Assembly (NCBI GenBank): GCA_038247415.1
Contig: JBBRUX010000005.1
Location: 32,001-96,000, forward strand
Length of the DNA: 64,000 bases
From: Chitinivibrionales bacterium
GTDB lineage: Bacteria; Fibrobacterota; Chitinivibrionia; Chitinivibrionales; WJKA01
Direction of reading: 5' to 3'
The stretch's first letter is position 1; every line of letters starts with the position of its first letter. A program made the position numbers and the translations under genes. The notes beneath the pieces are model-generated. The model had not been told where the DNA came from. It did not search any database and worked only from the letters and a program-made list of their open reading frames with translations. Positions 49,309 through 59,834 of this stretch are shown piece by piece.

Positions 49309-52300
49309 CTAGTAAGCGCAACTTAATCGTGATGTAAACACCCCTAGCACATTACCCGAAACATCAAAAGCTTTCATACGCAGGATATACATTCCAGGAG
49401 TTAATGGCTTGGAAGAAAGGTTCCAACGGAATGAACCAACCATTCCACGTGTCATTCCAGAAAGCACCGTCTGCCTAACAACTCTTCCTTTGAAATCGAG
49501 CAATTCAAATCCTAAGAGCCCAACCCCACTCTGAGGAATAGAAAAACGCGCAACAATAAGATTTTTAAAAGGATTGGGGTAACACCCAACAAGCGACAGT
49601 TTAAGATTTTTAAGTATTGTAAATCGCTTGAAATCCTCTGTTGCAATTATGATTGATTTCTGCACATCAGAGGACTTTGGTACCATTACAGAAAGCGGTT
49701 GATCGAAAGGTATAAAATTACCATCGTCTGTGCTGATAAAAACTTTTTGTTGAGCAGAGAGATTCGCATTTTCGGTTGTGAGCATAATGTGCTGATCGTT
49801 ATCAGCATCATTATGAAGCACAAGTGTATACAACGCAAGCCCATTATCAAGCTTATGGTATACAAACATGCTTGCTTGACGTTTGGTAAGAGGCTCAATT
49901 GCACCAATGCTTAAGGTACCAAATGACGGTGTTAAAGGAATAGTTGAAGCATTTGATGTTTCGTTTAATACAAACGCGCATCGAACTGATGATTTTTGGC
50001 CATCTTTATTCGATGTTGCAACAACATCAACTCCAAACGAGTTCCCAACTATTTCTTTGTTGACGCTAGCACCTATGCTAGACATTGAAGCTGGGAGCGG
50101 TGGGAATCGGAGAATTTTTGCAGATGCGCTTTTATTAAGGATGGAGTATCCAAATCCCGAAGTTCCTTTAAGGGAGTCTGCAAGGTCTTTTTTGGTATCT
50201 GCTAGTCCCCAAAATACAAGTTTCGTTTTAAATTTTTTGGTTACAGGATCTAGATCCCACGCATAAATCGCAAGCGAATCGCCAGTAATTCCGCTTGCTT
50301 TTAGAACATCACCAATTTTCAAATCATACTTATAAGGAACATTTATGTCAGTCCATTGATTCTGTGGAGCGAGACCAACGTCTACAGTATCTTTTTGACT
50401 TAACGTAACGCCATCGCCAAAATTAAATTGAACCGAATTTTTGGTTTTCAACCAAAACAATCTTCCCGGAAGCACCTTAAAGGTAGTATCAGAAAGTGAA
50501 GTAAATTCATTCCAATCCAGGCCACCCCACTTGTACAGTCTCATCTTCTTGTTATCGTAGATCCACCCAGAATTACCATCCCCAATACCTGCTTGCTTCG
50601 CAAGACCAGAAAGTGCCGCCCCAATTCCAATTGAATCTAAATTAGCCGTAACAGCTATGGGGGTCCAAACGTTGGCCTCTGGTGCGATCACATCCGATTC
50701 TATACGTTTAACTCTGCGAGAAATATTTACCGTATCGGAATGCGGCCCATCGCTTATGATCAAACGTGCCCGCAACCCGTTTTCTTCAGTAATAAAAGAA
50801 TTGTCAATGGCGAGAATTGCCTTTTCGGGTGTAGCGCAATTTCCACATATAAACCCTGTTTGCATTTTTGACGAGCCGGTATTGTCATCGGTGAACGCTG
50901 CTCCATCTTTGGCATACTGCAGCTTCCACGACACATTGACAATTTGGTCTCCTATAGAAATGGTATCAGAGGAATTAGCACCTGTAATTAATACTTCACC
51001 AGTATCTTGTTCACTTGCAAAAGAAAGTTTAGGTCTCTTTGTATCGAGCATAATCTGGAAAGGAATTCGTTTGCCAGCTGTAACATAAGCAGCAGGTTTA
51101 AACCAGAGCGTTGAGGTTGCTTGATCGAGCGTAACATTGTACAGAGCAGATACTGCACCTGCTTCATTAACGCTATATATACCAATATCTTTCGATGTAT
51201 AGCCAGAAGGCAGAGAATCATAACGTAGGCCAAGCGTAACGGTCGGCAGCCACTGAGCAAGCGAAAAGCCAACACCAACTGGAATCAAGTCTGCAGAGCC
51301 AACAGGTTGACTAAATTTCAAGGTATCTTGTCCTGTTGGGGCAACAAACCCCAAATCTTTACGAACAACAACATTACTATTAAAACCATAAACCTGTTTT
51401 GCAGAAGTATCACCATAACTTAAAGTTTGAAAAGTATAATTTCCCGTTGCTGCGCTAGAACAAGAGGAGTCAAACGGCGGCGACCAAGGCCCTCCACTTT
51501 GATCGCGCAACCATAACCCTACATAATATTTAGTATTAAAGAGAATTTTGCTCTCAAGAGGAATACTAAAAGCAAAAGATGCTGCTGCACCAATATCTAT
51601 AGCCTGACTAGACGGTGTAGTAGCACGCACAGCAGCAGAATCCACCGATACAGAGCTTCCAATGGAGATGCTACTATTTTTTATGGGCGTTAAGGTACCT
51701 TCTATATCAATACTATTAGTTGTCGCATTAAAGGTGGTTTTAGCAATTTTTATTGAATTAGTCAAGACAGACCCGCTCCCCAGCAACGTTTTAGCGGATG
51801 CCGTCTTTGCAACCACGATATCTGACCACAGCAAATTATTTTGTGTTTGCAAAGCAAAATAATATTGAGTATTCTGATCCAACCCAGTTACCAGCATAGG
51901 TGTGGCAGACGGAGAAGCGATGCTTCTTATTTGTAGAGTATCTGTTGGAACTTGACCTGCAACAAAAGGCCCTCGACTAATAAGCATTCTCATTTTCTGG
52001 GCTAGTGGAGCCGGCAACCAGGAGAGTTTGACCGAAAAAGCATTAATAGTATCAACAACGAGAGTGCTCTGATTGGCTATGCGAGGAAACCCTGCAACAA
52101 AACTTGACTTAACAGAATCGCTCACAACACCGTTGCGCCCTGCTAATCTGACTATAACCGACACTGTTTGGGTATCGGAAAAAAGGAGCTGGCTTTTAAT
52201 TCTTTTGCTATACGATCCAGTCACAAGCTGACTCACAAATGTTGCCCGGTCGATAGTTTCATCGGGGATGAGTGCCCCATTTTTGCCAATGATCGAAAGA

Positions 52301-54684
52301 GTGACAGATATGGAATTTGTATCGGTTAAAGTAGACCCATTTCCAAGAGTTACAATTGCCGAATCGGCTTTGGAACTATCTGGCACGACAGACGGATAAA
52401 CCGCAGTATTACCAAGATATTTGCCAGAAGGCACCAATTGGTTTCGGGGCTTCATAGCTACCGATTGTGCATCGGTTGCTACATAGGGACTCAAAGTACC
52501 ATTGTTCCATGTTGCACCTGCCCAAAAGCCATAATACTGCTCGGTCGATTTAGTTGACGGAGGTACATTAACAGTATCTTTAAAAATAATGGTAACCGTA
52601 TCCCCAACCTGCTTGCCCATAGCGCGTACAGAATATTTTGCAACAACAGCATTTGTCAAAGGATCTATCGGAGTTCCACCTGGGCGAAAATAAAGACGAA
52701 CAGAGTCTGCGCCAAACGTAATTGGGGAGGAAGCAACAGGAAGTTTCCCTGCATAGGAAACTACTACCTGTGAAGACGACAAAGGCGAAACAACTATGGA
52801 TACACCATTGAACGAAGGATTTGCAATCACAATGTCAATCGTCGAAGAATCTGAACCCGCAGGTCCAGGGCCACTCACAACAAGTTTAACCTTATAATGG
52901 CCAGTATCGGTATACGTAACGGTTTTTGTAGGAACTCGCACATCGTACATGGATTGGTTCCCATTCCCAAAACTCCACAACCATTTTGTTATAGTTCCTG
53001 TTGAACTATCCGTAAAAGTAATTGTGGCAGGTGCAGCCGAAAGGATTCTATCTGAACCGAATTTTGCATCAACAGGAATTGCTGTTGGGAAAACTTTAAT
53101 AGTGGTGCTTACCGAATCTTGGGTGGTTGTACCTCTAACAATAAGCCAAACCACAAAAGTGCCACTATCAGCAAACGTGTGAGATTGCGTTGCTTTAGTG
53201 GTAGTATATCCCACGGTATCTGCAGGATTATTAGAAAAACGCCATTTCCAAGATACAATGGACCCAAGTGAATTGTCTGTGAAAGTTGGTGTAAATGGAG
53301 CATACCCAGTTGCATTAGGAGCTAGGAACGAAGCTTTTACACCTTTAATAGAAATAGTAGTGCTCGTTGAGTCTACAACTCCTTGATCACGGATAATCAG
53401 CCACACCGTGAAAGCTCCGGTATCGGCAAAGGTATGCGCTTGTGTCGTTTTTCGAACTGTATATCCAATAGTATCAGCAGGATTATTTGAAAAGCGCCAT
53501 TTCCACGAAGTAATAGCACCGGTACTATTATCGGTAAAAGTAATTATCTGAGGATTATATCCAGCGGCGGTAGAAGGAGAAAATCCTGCTTTGGTAGCAG
53601 TAGTCAAGGTTGTTTGGCCTAGGCGTTGAGTTTCAAAAGTCAATTTAGCTTCATCAGCAGAAATGACGCTTTTATTAAATCGAAGTTCATCAAGAAAACC
53701 TGTTGGGGCGGCTCTAAACCCGCCCCAAGCTGCAGAAACTGGTTGCGATGTTGGACCACCAACCAAATTTCCATTCTTGTAAAACCGACCATTTATTCCA
53801 TCAAAGGTGTAGGTCATAAGCATCCAAGAATTATTAGGCCCAAAACCTGTTGAATCTATGGGAATTAGCATTGTAGTTGAAACATTACTTCCAGTCTTAA
53901 CCCCCCATGGTCCCCCAGAAACGGTTTTTTGATAATAACCATTGGCTGCAGTACCGGTCTTAGAAATAGTATTCAGTGAATTAAAATTATTTGCATCGGG
54001 ATAGTCGTTTGAAAAGGGATAAATCCAATATGAAATAGAAAAGGCGCTTGGCGCCCAGCTAAGCCCAGGAATATTAACAATCCCTGAAGTTTGATAACTA
54101 TTTACTCCTCCTGCGATGATTGGGGGATCAATTTCTTGAGCACGATAGAGAACGCTGTCCATTTTTGCAAGGAAATTATTTGAAGTTGCATCTTTAAATT
54201 TAGTAATTGTATCTCCGCCTATAATTCCATCATTAGTGCCTTTTTCATTAAAGTGATATGCTGCTTGAAACTTCGTATTGACAAACACACTAGTTGGATC
54301 TGATTCGCTCACGGTTACCGAAGAATTCCCATAATGCATCTTTATTTTTAGAACGCTACTTTTATCGACAACATCAATTTTAATCCAAAAAATCGCTTGT
54401 TTGTTTACTTGACTAAATCGTTCGATTTCATACACAAGTGGTGTAATGCCATCCTCTTTTGAAAACCGAATATCTGCACCGGATGCTTGTGCTAAAAGAA
54501 AAATTGAATCTGCCGGATCGATAATCCGAATCATGAGCGGAAAATCTGCTATATTACCAGATAAATTTAATGGGATCGGATTTAAATAGAAATCCACATT
54601 TTTCTTGTATCCACTATAATCAACCGCATACGCTGCGCCAGCGCTTAAGCATCCAATAATTAATGCCACTACTATTTTTCGCAT
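49309..54684 (-). CDS. Large secreted multidomain protein (DUF2341-LamG-like-3xPKD-FN3-like, C-terminal sorting-type domain)
   Basis: Signal peptide; GADIRF...L.YEIE...FWIK (DUF2341); LDELR (LamG); three FTD.S.G...W.W.F PKD repeats; C-terminal YPNPF...DFKGR.V...GMYIL; RBS GAGGAG before ATG 54684. Confidence 0.8.
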   Translation of the reverse strand: MRKIVVALIIGCLSAGAAYAVDYSGYKKNVDFYLNPIPLNLSGNIADFPLMIRIIDPADSIFLLAQASGADIRFSKEDGITPLVYEIERFSQVNKQAIFWIKIDVVDKSSVLKIKMHYGNSSVTVSESDPTSVFVNTKFQAAYHFNEKGTNDGIIGGDTITKFKDATSNNFLAKMDSVLYRAQEIDPPIIAGGVNSYQTSGIVNIPGLSWAPSAFSISYWIYPFSNDYPDANNFNSLNTISKTGTAANGYYQKTVSGGPWGVKTGSNVSTTMLIPIDSTGFGPNNSWMLMTYTFDGINGRFYKNGNLVGGPTSQPVSAAWGGFRAAPTGFLDELRFNKSVISADEAKLTFETQRLGQTTLTTATKAGFSPSTAAGYNPQIITFTDNSTGAITSWKWRFSNNPADTIGYTVRKTTQAHTFADTGAFTVWLIIRDQGVVDSTSTTISIKGVKASFLAPNATGYAPFTPTFTDNSLGSIVSWKWRFSNNPADTVGYTTTKATQSHTFADSGTFVVWLIVRGTTTQDSVSTTIKVFPTAIPVDAKFGSDRILSAAPATITFTDSSTGTITKWLWSFGNGNQSMYDVRVPTKTVTYTDTGHYKVKLVVSGPGPAGSDSSTIDIVIANPSFNGVSIVVSPLSSSQVVVSYAGKLPVASSPITFGADSVRLYFRPGGTPIDPLTNAVVAKYSVRAMGKQVGDTVTIIFKDTVNVPPSTKSTEQYYGFWAGATWNNGTLSPYVATDAQSVAMKPRNQLVPSGKYLGNTAVYPSVVPDSSKADSAIVTLGNGSTLTDTNSISVTLSIIGKNGALIPDETIDRATFVSQLVTGSYSKRIKSQLLFSDTQTVSVIVRLAGRNGVVSDSVKSSFVAGFPRIANQSTLVVDTINAFSVKLSWLPAPLAQKMRMLISRGPFVAGQVPTDTLQIRSIASPSATPMLVTGLDQNTQYYFALQTQNNLLWSDIVVAKTASAKTLLGSGSVLTNSIKIAKTTFNATTNSIDIEGTLTPIKNSSISIGSSVSVDSAAVRATTPSSQAIDIGAAASFAFSIPLESKILFNTKYYVGLWLRDQSGGPWSPPFDSSCSSAATGNYTFQTLSYGDTSAKQVYGFNSNVVVRKDLGFVAPTGQDTLKFSQPVGSADLIPVGVGFSLAQWLPTVTLGLRYDSLPSGYTSKDIGIYSVNEAGAVSALYNVTLDQATSTLWFKPAAYVTAGKRIPFQIMLDTKRPKLSFASEQDTGEVLITGANSSDTISIGDQIVNVSWKLQYAKDGAAFTDDNTGSSKMQTGFICGNCATPEKAILAIDNSFITEENGLRARLIISDGPHSDTVNISRRVKRIESDVIAPEANVWTPIAVTANLDSIGIGAALSGLAKQAGIGDGNSGWIYDNKKMRLYKWGGLDWNEFTSLSDTTFKVLPGRLFWLKTKNSVQFNFGDGVTLSQKDTVDVGLAPQNQWTDINVPYKYDLKIGDVLKASGITGDSLAIYAWDLDPVTKKFKTKLVFWGLADTKKDLADSLKGTSGFGYSILNKSASAKILRFPPLPASMSSIGASVNKEIVGNSFGVDVVATSNKDGQKSSVRCAFVLNETSNASTIPLTPSFGTLSIGAIEPLTKRQASMFVYHKLDNGLALYTLVLHNDADNDQHIMLTTENANLSAQQKVFISTDDGNFIPFDQPLSVMVPKSSDVQKSIIIATEDFKRFTILKNLKLSLVGCYPNPFKNLIVARFSIPQSGVGLLGFELLDFKGRVVRQTVLSGMTRGMVGSFRWNLSSKPLTPGMYILRMKAFDVSGNVLGVFTSRLSCAY

Positions 54685-54933
54685 GGGTAACTCTCCTCTG
54701 CGCTTAATTAATAAAATTTTTGTACCCCTTTTAAAAAATTTAGTACATGCAACCTTAAAACTCAAGCGCTTAAATAAGCTATATTTCTAAATTCAAACAA
54801 GTTAGGGCATTCTATATTCTTTACTTTATCATAAAAACAAGCGTATATCCAATATTTTATTCAAACTCCCAAAAAAAATATCATTTTTTACATAACCTTA
54901 CGCTTTTTATCGCTGCATAATTTATATTTTTTC

Positions 54934-55033
54934 GGGGCTAGGCCCTGCGCAATCAAAGACTGTGAACCCCGCCAGGCCTGGAAGGGAGCAACGGTAAGCA
55001 GACACCAGGTGTGCCGCAGGTAAACTTAGCCCT
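54934..55033 (+). ncRNA. ffs: Signal recognition particle RNA (small bacterial SRP, 4.5S)
   Basis: Domain IV core GAACCCCGCCAGGCCTGGAAGGGAGCAACGG, terminal pairing GGGCTAGG/CTTAGCCC, T-run, position upstream of dnaX. Confidence 0.92.
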
Positions 55034-55135
55034 TTTTTTTGAGTAAATACCGAGAATATCTGATCTTATTACGGCAGGTTGGCAATTGCCTCATTCCAGC
55101 GCCTTGGCACTGTTTTTGGCCGGAAACTTCCTTAT

Positions 55136-56893
55136 ATGAGCTATCTTGTTTTAGCCCGAAAATGGCGACCTCAGGTTTTTGAGGATGTTATCGGGCAAGA
55201 GCACATAACCACGACCCTTCAAAAAGCTATTCAACAGCAGAGGGTAGCTCACGCTTTCATTTTTTCTGGCACACGCGGGGTAGGCAAAACCACAACGGCA
55301 CGTATTTTATCCCGAGCTCTCAATTGCGATAATGGCCCTACTCCTAATCCTTGTGGCACCTGCGCAACCTGCAAAAACATCCTCTCTGGAAATAGTTTTG
55401 ATGTGCTTGAAATAGATGGTGCCTCAAATAATCGCGTTGAGGATATCCGTGAACTACGCGAAAATGTCAATTACTCTTCTATGGGTGGCAAATATCGCAT
55501 TTTTGTGATTGATGAAGTACACATGCTCACAAAACAAGCATTTAATGCGCTTCTTAAAACACTCGAAGAACCACCTCCCAATGTAATCTTTATTTTTGCG
55601 ACAACCGAGCCTCACAAAATCCCCGACACCATTCATTCTCGCTGTCAACGATATGATTTTAGAAGAATAACAGCAGAGCAGATCCTAGCCCAGCTCGAAA
55701 AAATCTGCACCGCCGAATCCATTACCTACGAGCGAACAGGCCTGCTTTTGGTTGCGCGCAAAGCAGAAGGTTCAATGCGCGACGCGCTCAGCCTTCTGGA
55801 TCAAGTATACTCTTTTTGCCGTGAATCTATTGTAGAAAAAGATGTACGATCTGTTCTGGGTCTTGTTGACGCAGAGGTTTACTCTCTTGTCATGGATTCC
55901 ATAATCAATAAGCAACCAGAACCAGCTCTTGCAGCAATCCAAGATGCGCTCTATCATGGTTTTGATTTGTCGGATTTCTGCGGTGGCCTCGAAGAATACC
56001 TGCGCTCCCTCCTTTTTATTCATATACCAGCCATTGCAGAAAAAAGGCGTGTTGATCTTAACATCGACTCCGAACAGAGCCTCGCTACCGTTACCAGACA
56101 ATCAGAACAAATTGACGAAGGACAATTACTTCGTATGATCGATCTTGTTCGAAGAACCCACAACGATCTTAAACGAAGTACATTTGGCAGATTTAGTGTT
56201 GAAGTAATGATCATGAAAATGTGTGCACTCGACGCTACGGTATCTCTTGAGAACCTACTGGGAGCACTTGGCGGTGGAACGCCTCCATCATTTACACACG
56301 CGGGACCATCGTTCACTTCCTTGCAGGATCAAAAAAAAAAAAATCCTGAGCTTCCAAGCGACTCCATAAAGCCAGAACCTCTTCTTTTAAAAGAATCCGT
56401 CCAAACAATCGAGCCACCAAACGACGATAGTCCACCAATTGCAGAGTGCATTGATATTCCCCAACCGCAACCTACTGTTTATTCGAAACCAGAGCCCATA
56501 GTACCACTTGCACAAGAAATAGCCGATCCGATTTTGCGATGGCCCGACTTTCTTGAACATCTTTTGCACGAACGTCCCAATATCGGTTCTTTTTTGGCTC
56601 TCTCAAAGGTTAAAACATCAGATACCGATTCGATTGACATTCTTTTTCGTTACGCCTACCGATTTCAATACTCAGAAATTACTAAACGCGAAAACAAGGA
56701 AACGGTAAACGAATATGTAACGGCCTTTATGCGAAGACCTATCGAACTGAGAATTCACCTCGAACCTGCGAGTGCACATCCATCTGCCGAAATTGAACCA
56801 GACTTACCTCAACGTAAATCAATTGATGATGAAATAGCCCAGGAACCAATTATAGCATCGGTTCTTGAACTTTTTGACGGAGAAATACTTTAG
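55136..56893 (+). CDS. dnaX: DNA polymerase III subunits gamma/tau
   Basis: MSYLVLARKWRP, GTRGVGKTT, C4 zinc motif, EIDGAS, IDEVHML, SRC. Confidence 0.97.
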   Translation: MSYLVLARKWRPQVFEDVIGQEHITTTLQKAIQQQRVAHAFIFSGTRGVGKTTTARILSRALNCDNGPTPNPCGTCATCKNILSGNSFDVLEIDGASNNRVEDIRELRENVNYSSMGGKYRIFVIDEVHMLTKQAFNALLKTLEEPPPNVIFIFATTEPHKIPDTIHSRCQRYDFRRITAEQILAQLEKICTAESITYERTGLLLVARKAEGSMRDALSLLDQVYSFCRESIVEKDVRSVLGLVDAEVYSLVMDSIINKQPEPALAAIQDALYHGFDLSDFCGGLEEYLRSLLFIHIPAIAEKRRVDLNIDSEQSLATVTRQSEQIDEGQLLRMIDLVRRTHNDLKRSTFGRFSVEVMIMKMCALDATVSLENLLGALGGGTPPSFTHAGPSFTSLQDQKKKNPELPSDSIKPEPLLLKESVQTIEPPNDDSPPIAECIDIPQPQPTVYSKPEPIVPLAQEIADPILRWPDFLEHLLHERPNIGSFLALSKVKTSDTDSIDILFRYAYRFQYSEITKRENKETVNEYVTAFMRRPIELRIHLEPASAHPSAEIEPDLPQRKSIDDEIAQEPIIASVLELFDGEIL

Positions 56894-56912
56894 AACCAAC
56901 CAAGGAGGTCGT

Positions 56913-57227
56913 ATGTCAAAAGATATGTCCAAACTTCTCAAACAAGCCCAAAAAATGCAATCCGATATGATGAAGAAGCAGGAAGAACTTGCTGCACAGC
57001 ACATCACAGGCACCGCGGGCGGCAATATGGTTTCGGTTACCCTCAGTGGAGGCGGTGATTTAATAGGTATTAAGCTCGATCCTGAAGTTGTTGACAAAGA
57101 CGATGTTGAAATGCTCGAGGATTTGATCGTTGCAGCGTTTCAAAACGCATCAGAAAAGGTTAAAGAAATGAGCAGCGCCACATTTGGAGCATTATCTTCT
57201 GGCCTTAAAATTCCTGGTCTCATGTAA
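56913..57227 (+). CDS. ybaB: YbaB/EbfC nucleoid-associated protein
   Basis: KQAQKMQ, AGGNMV, DVEMLEDLIVAA; RBS AGGAGG; lies between dnaX and recR. Confidence 0.93.
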   Translation: MSKDMSKLLKQAQKMQSDMMKKQEELAAQHITGTAGGNMVSVTLSGGGDLIGIKLDPEVVDKDDVEMLEDLIVAAFQNASEKVKEMSSATFGALSSGLKIPGLM

Positions 57228-57228
57228 C

Positions 57229-57825
57229 ATGTTAAGCGTTCTTGAAAATGCTATAACCGCCCTTTCTGGGTTACCCACAATTGGTAAGAAGAGTGCGTTT
57301 CGATTAGCACTCTTTCTTATAGAACAACCCGAAGAAAAAGTGCGAGAACTCGCACATGCGCTTCTGGCACTTTCACACGACATTCGTCATTGTAAAGAAT
57401 GCTTTAATTTAAGCGATAGCGACCTTTGTTCGGTGTGTACTTCAACCACCCGAGACACAAAGGTGTTGTGTGTGGTAGAAAAACCACAAGATGTGATCAC
57501 CCTCGAAAGCGCAGGACGGCACCGTGGTTTGTATCATGTTCTTGGTGGAGTACTCTCCCCTATCAACGGCATTACCGCTGATAAACTTCATATTAAAGAA
57601 CTTCTCGATCGGATTCACAAACTGTCGCCTCAAGAAATTATTTTTGGGCTCTCTGGGAGCGCCGACGCAGATACTACCGAACACTACATAGCAAGACTAT
57701 TGCGCTCTATGCCACTCATTCGCATTACTCGGCTCGCTCGAGGGCTTCCAGCAGGTATGGAGCTCGAATACGCAGATCAAATGACTCTGAGCGCAGCCTT
57801 AACTCAGCGGGTTGAATTTACGTAA
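57229..57825 (+). CDS. recR: Recombination mediator RecR
   Basis: LPTIGKKSAFRLA, C4 zinc finger, CVVE, YHVLGG.LSP, TRLARGLP.G. Confidence 0.95.
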   Translation: MLSVLENAITALSGLPTIGKKSAFRLALFLIEQPEEKVRELAHALLALSHDIRHCKECFNLSDSDLCSVCTSTTRDTKVLCVVEKPQDVITLESAGRHRGLYHVLGGVLSPINGITADKLHIKELLDRIHKLSPQEIIFGLSGSADADTTEHYIARLLRSMPLIRITRLARGLPAGMELEYADQMTLSAALTQRVEFT

Positions 57826-57834
57826 AGGAATATC

Positions 57835-58344
57835 ATGAATACACTTATTTTTTGGATACGCAAAACGTTTGCCTCAATGCTTTTTACCGGCTTCTTCCCT
57901 ATTGCCTCTGGTACCGTAGGTTCGGCCCTTACCATTGGAATGATTTACGCAGCACACCAACGATTTCCTCAGGTTTTTAATCCCCAGTATACAGTCTGGC
58001 ATTGGGTATTTCTTATTGTTGCTATTGGCATTAGTATTTTTCTCTCTTCGGATGCACACCGTATTTTTGGCTCCGAAGACCCATCTCCTGTGATTATAGA
58101 CGAGTGGGCAGGTCAGCTCGTTACGTTTTTTCTAATACCAATATCGGTCCCTACACTCGTCTTGGGTTTTGTCCTTTTTCGTTTTTTTGATATTGTCAAG
58201 CCATTCCCTGCTCATACCGTAGAATCGATCGAAGGGGGTGTGGGAATTACCCTCGATGATGTTATTGCAGGTGTGTACGCAAATATTTCCCTTATGGCAA
58301 TGCTTGCTGGGTATCATTATGTACACAATCTTATTACACAATAA
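57835..58344 (+). CDS. pgpA: Phosphatidylglycerophosphatase A
   Basis: ASGTVGS, DPSPVIIDE..GQ, FRFFDIVKPFP, GGVGITLDD. Confidence 0.92.
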   Translation: MNTLIFWIRKTFASMLFTGFFPIASGTVGSALTIGMIYAAHQRFPQVFNPQYTVWHWVFLIVAIGISIFLSSDAHRIFGSEDPSPVIIDEWAGQLVTFFLIPISVPTLVLGFVLFRFFDIVKPFPAHTVESIEGGVGITLDDVIAGVYANISLMAMLAGYHYVHNLITQ

Positions 58345-58377
58345 CACTACAACGAATCACCTTTGTAAGGAATTTTA

Positions 58378-59271
58378 ATGACAAAACAAGATCCGATAAT
58401 TATTGGATGCGACCATGCCGGATACGAGCTCAAAGAACACATAAAGCGAACCCTTACCCAGCTCAAAATAATATTTAAGGATATTGGAGCTTTTACCAAG
58501 GAACCCTCGGATTATTCTATTTACATCTCCGAAGTAGCCTCTGCGGTATCATCAGGTGAATTTACACGAGGGATAGCAATCGACGGAATGGGTATGGGGG
58601 CAAGCATGGTTGCCAATCGTTTTCCACGTGTTTACGCATCGCACTGCCTCAACTCAGATATGGCCCAGGTTGCCCGATCACATAACAATTCAAATATTCT
58701 TGTCATGGGCGGGCGCATTACATCTCCGTGGTATGCGGATCAAATACTCAAGCAATGGCTTGAAATGAAATTCGAAGGCGGAAGACATGCTAAACGTCTT
58801 TCTCTTATTGACGATAATACAAAGCTACAAATTGCCCTCAACCACCTCGATTCTATCGAGCCCAAAGACTTCTCTGCGGCAGGGGTCGATGAACAGCTTT
58901 TCCACAAGGCAACCAAAGGTATCGAGCGCCTCAAGCAGCTCTTTACAGCCGATAGAAGAATGACCCATGAAACACGACTGCCCGAATCGTGTCCATCGTC
59001 TTTTTTCCACAATGGCATGCGCTACGAAGCGCTCATGGTCGACTTATCGGAGAGTGGGGCACAATTCCAGCTCGATACAGGCTCACACAAAATCAGCTTA
59101 GTGTCAGACGAAGAGCTGGAATTTTCTATTAAGACTCCCTATGGTCACTCAACCTGCAAAGGCAAAGTAGTGTGGGTAGATCGATCATTCTACTTAACAT
59201 GGGGAATAAAATTTACCGAGCTCTCACCCGATAAGAACGACCCTCTTAAAAGTCTCATGGATTCGATGTAA
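58378..59271 (+). CDS. rpiB: RpiB/LacA-LacB sugar-phosphate isomerase fused to a C-terminal PilZ-like domain
   Basis: GCDHAGYELK, ARSHNNSNIL.MGGR, FEGGRHAKR; C-terminal DLSESG...GKVVW....WGIKF. Confidence 0.8.
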   Translation: MTKQDPIIIGCDHAGYELKEHIKRTLTQLKIIFKDIGAFTKEPSDYSIYISEVASAVSSGEFTRGIAIDGMGMGASMVANRFPRVYASHCLNSDMAQVARSHNNSNILVMGGRITSPWYADQILKQWLEMKFEGGRHAKRLSLIDDNTKLQIALNHLDSIEPKDFSAAGVDEQLFHKATKGIERLKQLFTADRRMTHETRLPESCPSSFFHNGMRYEALMVDLSESGAQFQLDTGSHKISLVSDEELEFSIKTPYGHSTCKGKVVWVDRSFYLTWGIKFTELSPDKNDPLKSLMDSM

Positions 59272-59762
59272 TGTTTTCTGAGGAAATACTACTGTTGCGC
59301 GGGCGCCTTGCAGCCGAGCTTACATCTCAAAAATTTACTATTGCAACAGCAGAATCTTGCACCGGAGGTTTGATTGGTGCTATCCTGACCCATGCGGGAG
59401 GAGCTTCTGTATTTTTTAAAGGCGGGATAATAGCTTATGATAATAGTATTAAAGAAACCATTCTGTCTGTCCCAAAAGAAATTCTCGTAACGTATGGTGC
59501 AGTTTCCCCACAAACCGTAGTATCCATGGCCCTGGGCGCAACGAAACTACTTCAAACAGATTGTGCAATTGCGGTATCGGGAATTGCAGGTCCTGACGGA
59601 GGAACTTTACAAAAACCAATTGGTACTGTTTGCATTGCAGTTTTGTGCCCACGACATTCGATTGAGCAACCATTCCTGTTTGAAGGGGATCGGGAATCGA
59701 TACGACTTCAAACAGCAATCAAAGCATTTACTATGATGCATTCTATTCTGCGTCTTGCCTAA
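59271..59762 (+). CDS. CinA C-terminal domain protein (NMN deamidase, PncC-like)
   Basis: ATAESCTGG, GAS, GAVS, SGIAGPDGG..KPIGTV. Confidence 0.9.
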   Translation: MFSEEILLLRGRLAAELTSQKFTIATAESCTGGLIGAILTHAGGASVFFKGGIIAYDNSIKETILSVPKEILVTYGAVSPQTVVSMALGATKLLQTDCAIAVSGIAGPDGGTLQKPIGTVCIAVLCPRHSIEQPFLFEGDRESIRLQTAIKAFTMMHSILRLA

Positions 59763-59834
59763 AATAAATATAAAAACTAAATTAAATTACCCTTAAATAT
59801 AGAAATTATTTTAAGTAAATTTTGAACCAGGGAA

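Noticed and set aside
55107..55122. sigma54-like TGGCAC upstream of dnaX
   Set aside because: GG-to-GC spacing is off by one nucleotide.
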